Source: Macrostomum lignano (taxonomy: Eukaryota). From it: a stretch of 64,000 bases of DNA. This document shows, in pieces, positions 62,898 to 64,000 of the stretch. Position numbers and translations under genes: made by a program. Numbering within the stretch: the stretch's first letter is position 1; the number at the start of each line of letters is the position of its first letter. Under the pieces are notes generated by a model. It was not told where the DNA came from. It ran no database searches and saw nothing but the letters and a program-made list of their open reading frames with translations. The stretch lies in contig NIVC01000142.1 in NCBI GenBank assembly GCA_002269645.1, forward strand, positions 372,001-436,000, read 5' to 3'.

Positions 62898-63437
62898 ATG
62901 GCCAAGTGCTGCCAGTTGATGCCCTGCTTTCCGCTCCGAGTGATCCGAGCATTCTCAGCCAAGGACCGCAGCCTGTACTGCCTGTTCCACGTGCTGCTCT
63001 GGTGCGGCCTGGTCGCCTTCTTTGCCTGTCTGTCGCTGTACGCAGTCGAGCGTGAGTACGTGTACTTCATCGTGCCGCTGCCCAGCATCTTTCTCATGTT
63101 CGCCGGCCTGTTCGGCTTCCGCTGGCTGGCCATTCGCAATAATGACAAATTCGAGCTGCACCATCGGCGACGGGGGCATCGACGCGGCGTCGCTGGCGAC
63201 GATGGCGAGTCCGGCTCGGTGCCGCACGGCAGCTTCCCGCCGCCGCCGCCGCTGTACGCGCTGGAGTACGACGGGCCAGTTTTCACCATCTACGGGGTGC
63301 TGGTGCCGCCGCCGACTTACGAGGAGGTGCAGGAGGTTGCGGCTGCGGCTGCTGCATCCGCCGCTGATCAGCCTCATCCGCCGGCAGCACTAGCTAGCAC
63401 CGAGGAAACTCCAATCACGAAAGCTTTGACAACTTAG
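62898..63437 (+). CDS. Two-TM membrane protein with C-terminal PPxY motifs
   Basis: GC-rich ORF with two hydrophobic helices (LFHVLLWCGLVAFFACLSLYAV; YFIVPLPSIFLMFAGLFGF) and cytoplasmic PPPPLY and PPPTYEE. Confidence 0.7.
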   Translation: MAKCCQLMPCFPLRVIRAFSAKDRSLYCLFHVLLWCGLVAFFACLSLYAVEREYVYFIVPLPSIFLMFAGLFGFRWLAIRNNDKFELHHRRRGHRRGVAGDDGESGSVPHGSFPPPPPLYALEYDGPVFTIYGVLVPPPTYEEVQEVAAAAAASAADQPHPPAALASTEETPITKALTT

Positions 63438-64000
63438 GAAGAAACGCTGAAAAAGACGCTTATAAACCCGCAGTCGAACTGGTACTTCAACAAGCATTTA
63501 ATGTGATCGCGTCTCAGTATAAGCCAGTTGATTGTTAAATTCTTTTTTTTTGAAAAATTCGATCAGTAAATTTCTATTCCGGTTTCTGGATGCTCAAGAC
63601 GTTCTCATAAGCATGATTCGCGGTGCACATATTCGCCCATGTTCTCGATGTTTATTTTATTTTCCATTTTTATAGGCCCAAGTATTCAATAGTGCTTGCT
63701 TTGTAAGACCTAACGGCCAATAAGCATTATTACTCATGATCAGAATCTCTTTCGCTTACAAAAGTTTTTCTTAATCCACCTGAGCTTCTGCATTTTCTGT
63801 AACCCTTTTCATTTATGATTGTAATTAACTACCGATTCATCGCAGGGTGCCAATTTAAGGTTTCATTGACTTTTCTGGCACTTTTGTCACTGTACTAAAA
63901 ATTATAGCGAATACTACGTTTTCTGTGATGCGTGTATAGTAATACATAGAGGTGATTACAACTAGGTAAACAGGGAGTGCAAGCCCTTCGTGCGGATTGG

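Overview
Eukaryotic (animal) genomic DNA. GC-rich exons are separated by introns packed with micro- and minisatellites, a style resembling the flatworm Macrostomum lignano (inference only). Minus strand: a tandem galectin-like gene running off the window start, a multi-exon CCDC87 orthologue, a decayed THAP/P-element transposase, and a near-intact Penelope-like retroelement (RT + GIY-YIG) with a minimal hammerhead ribozyme, flanked by (TC)n tracts. Plus strand: CHAF1A, ATP5PF, EXOSC10, an M6PR (CD-MPR) homologue, a complete 15-exon xanthine dehydrogenase (GC-AG intron 1, U12-type intron 2), a GM2-activator/ML-like gene, a single-CRD TNFR-like receptor and a 2-TM PPxY protein. Four ORFs (CCDC87, CHAF1A, EXOSC10, Penelope) each need one extra base, mostly at a short G/C run, which suggests long-read assembly errors rather than pseudogenes. 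Most long ORFs in the supplied track are translated tandem repeats. Exon structures were assembled by eye from splice signals, phase and remembered family motifs; no searches were run.
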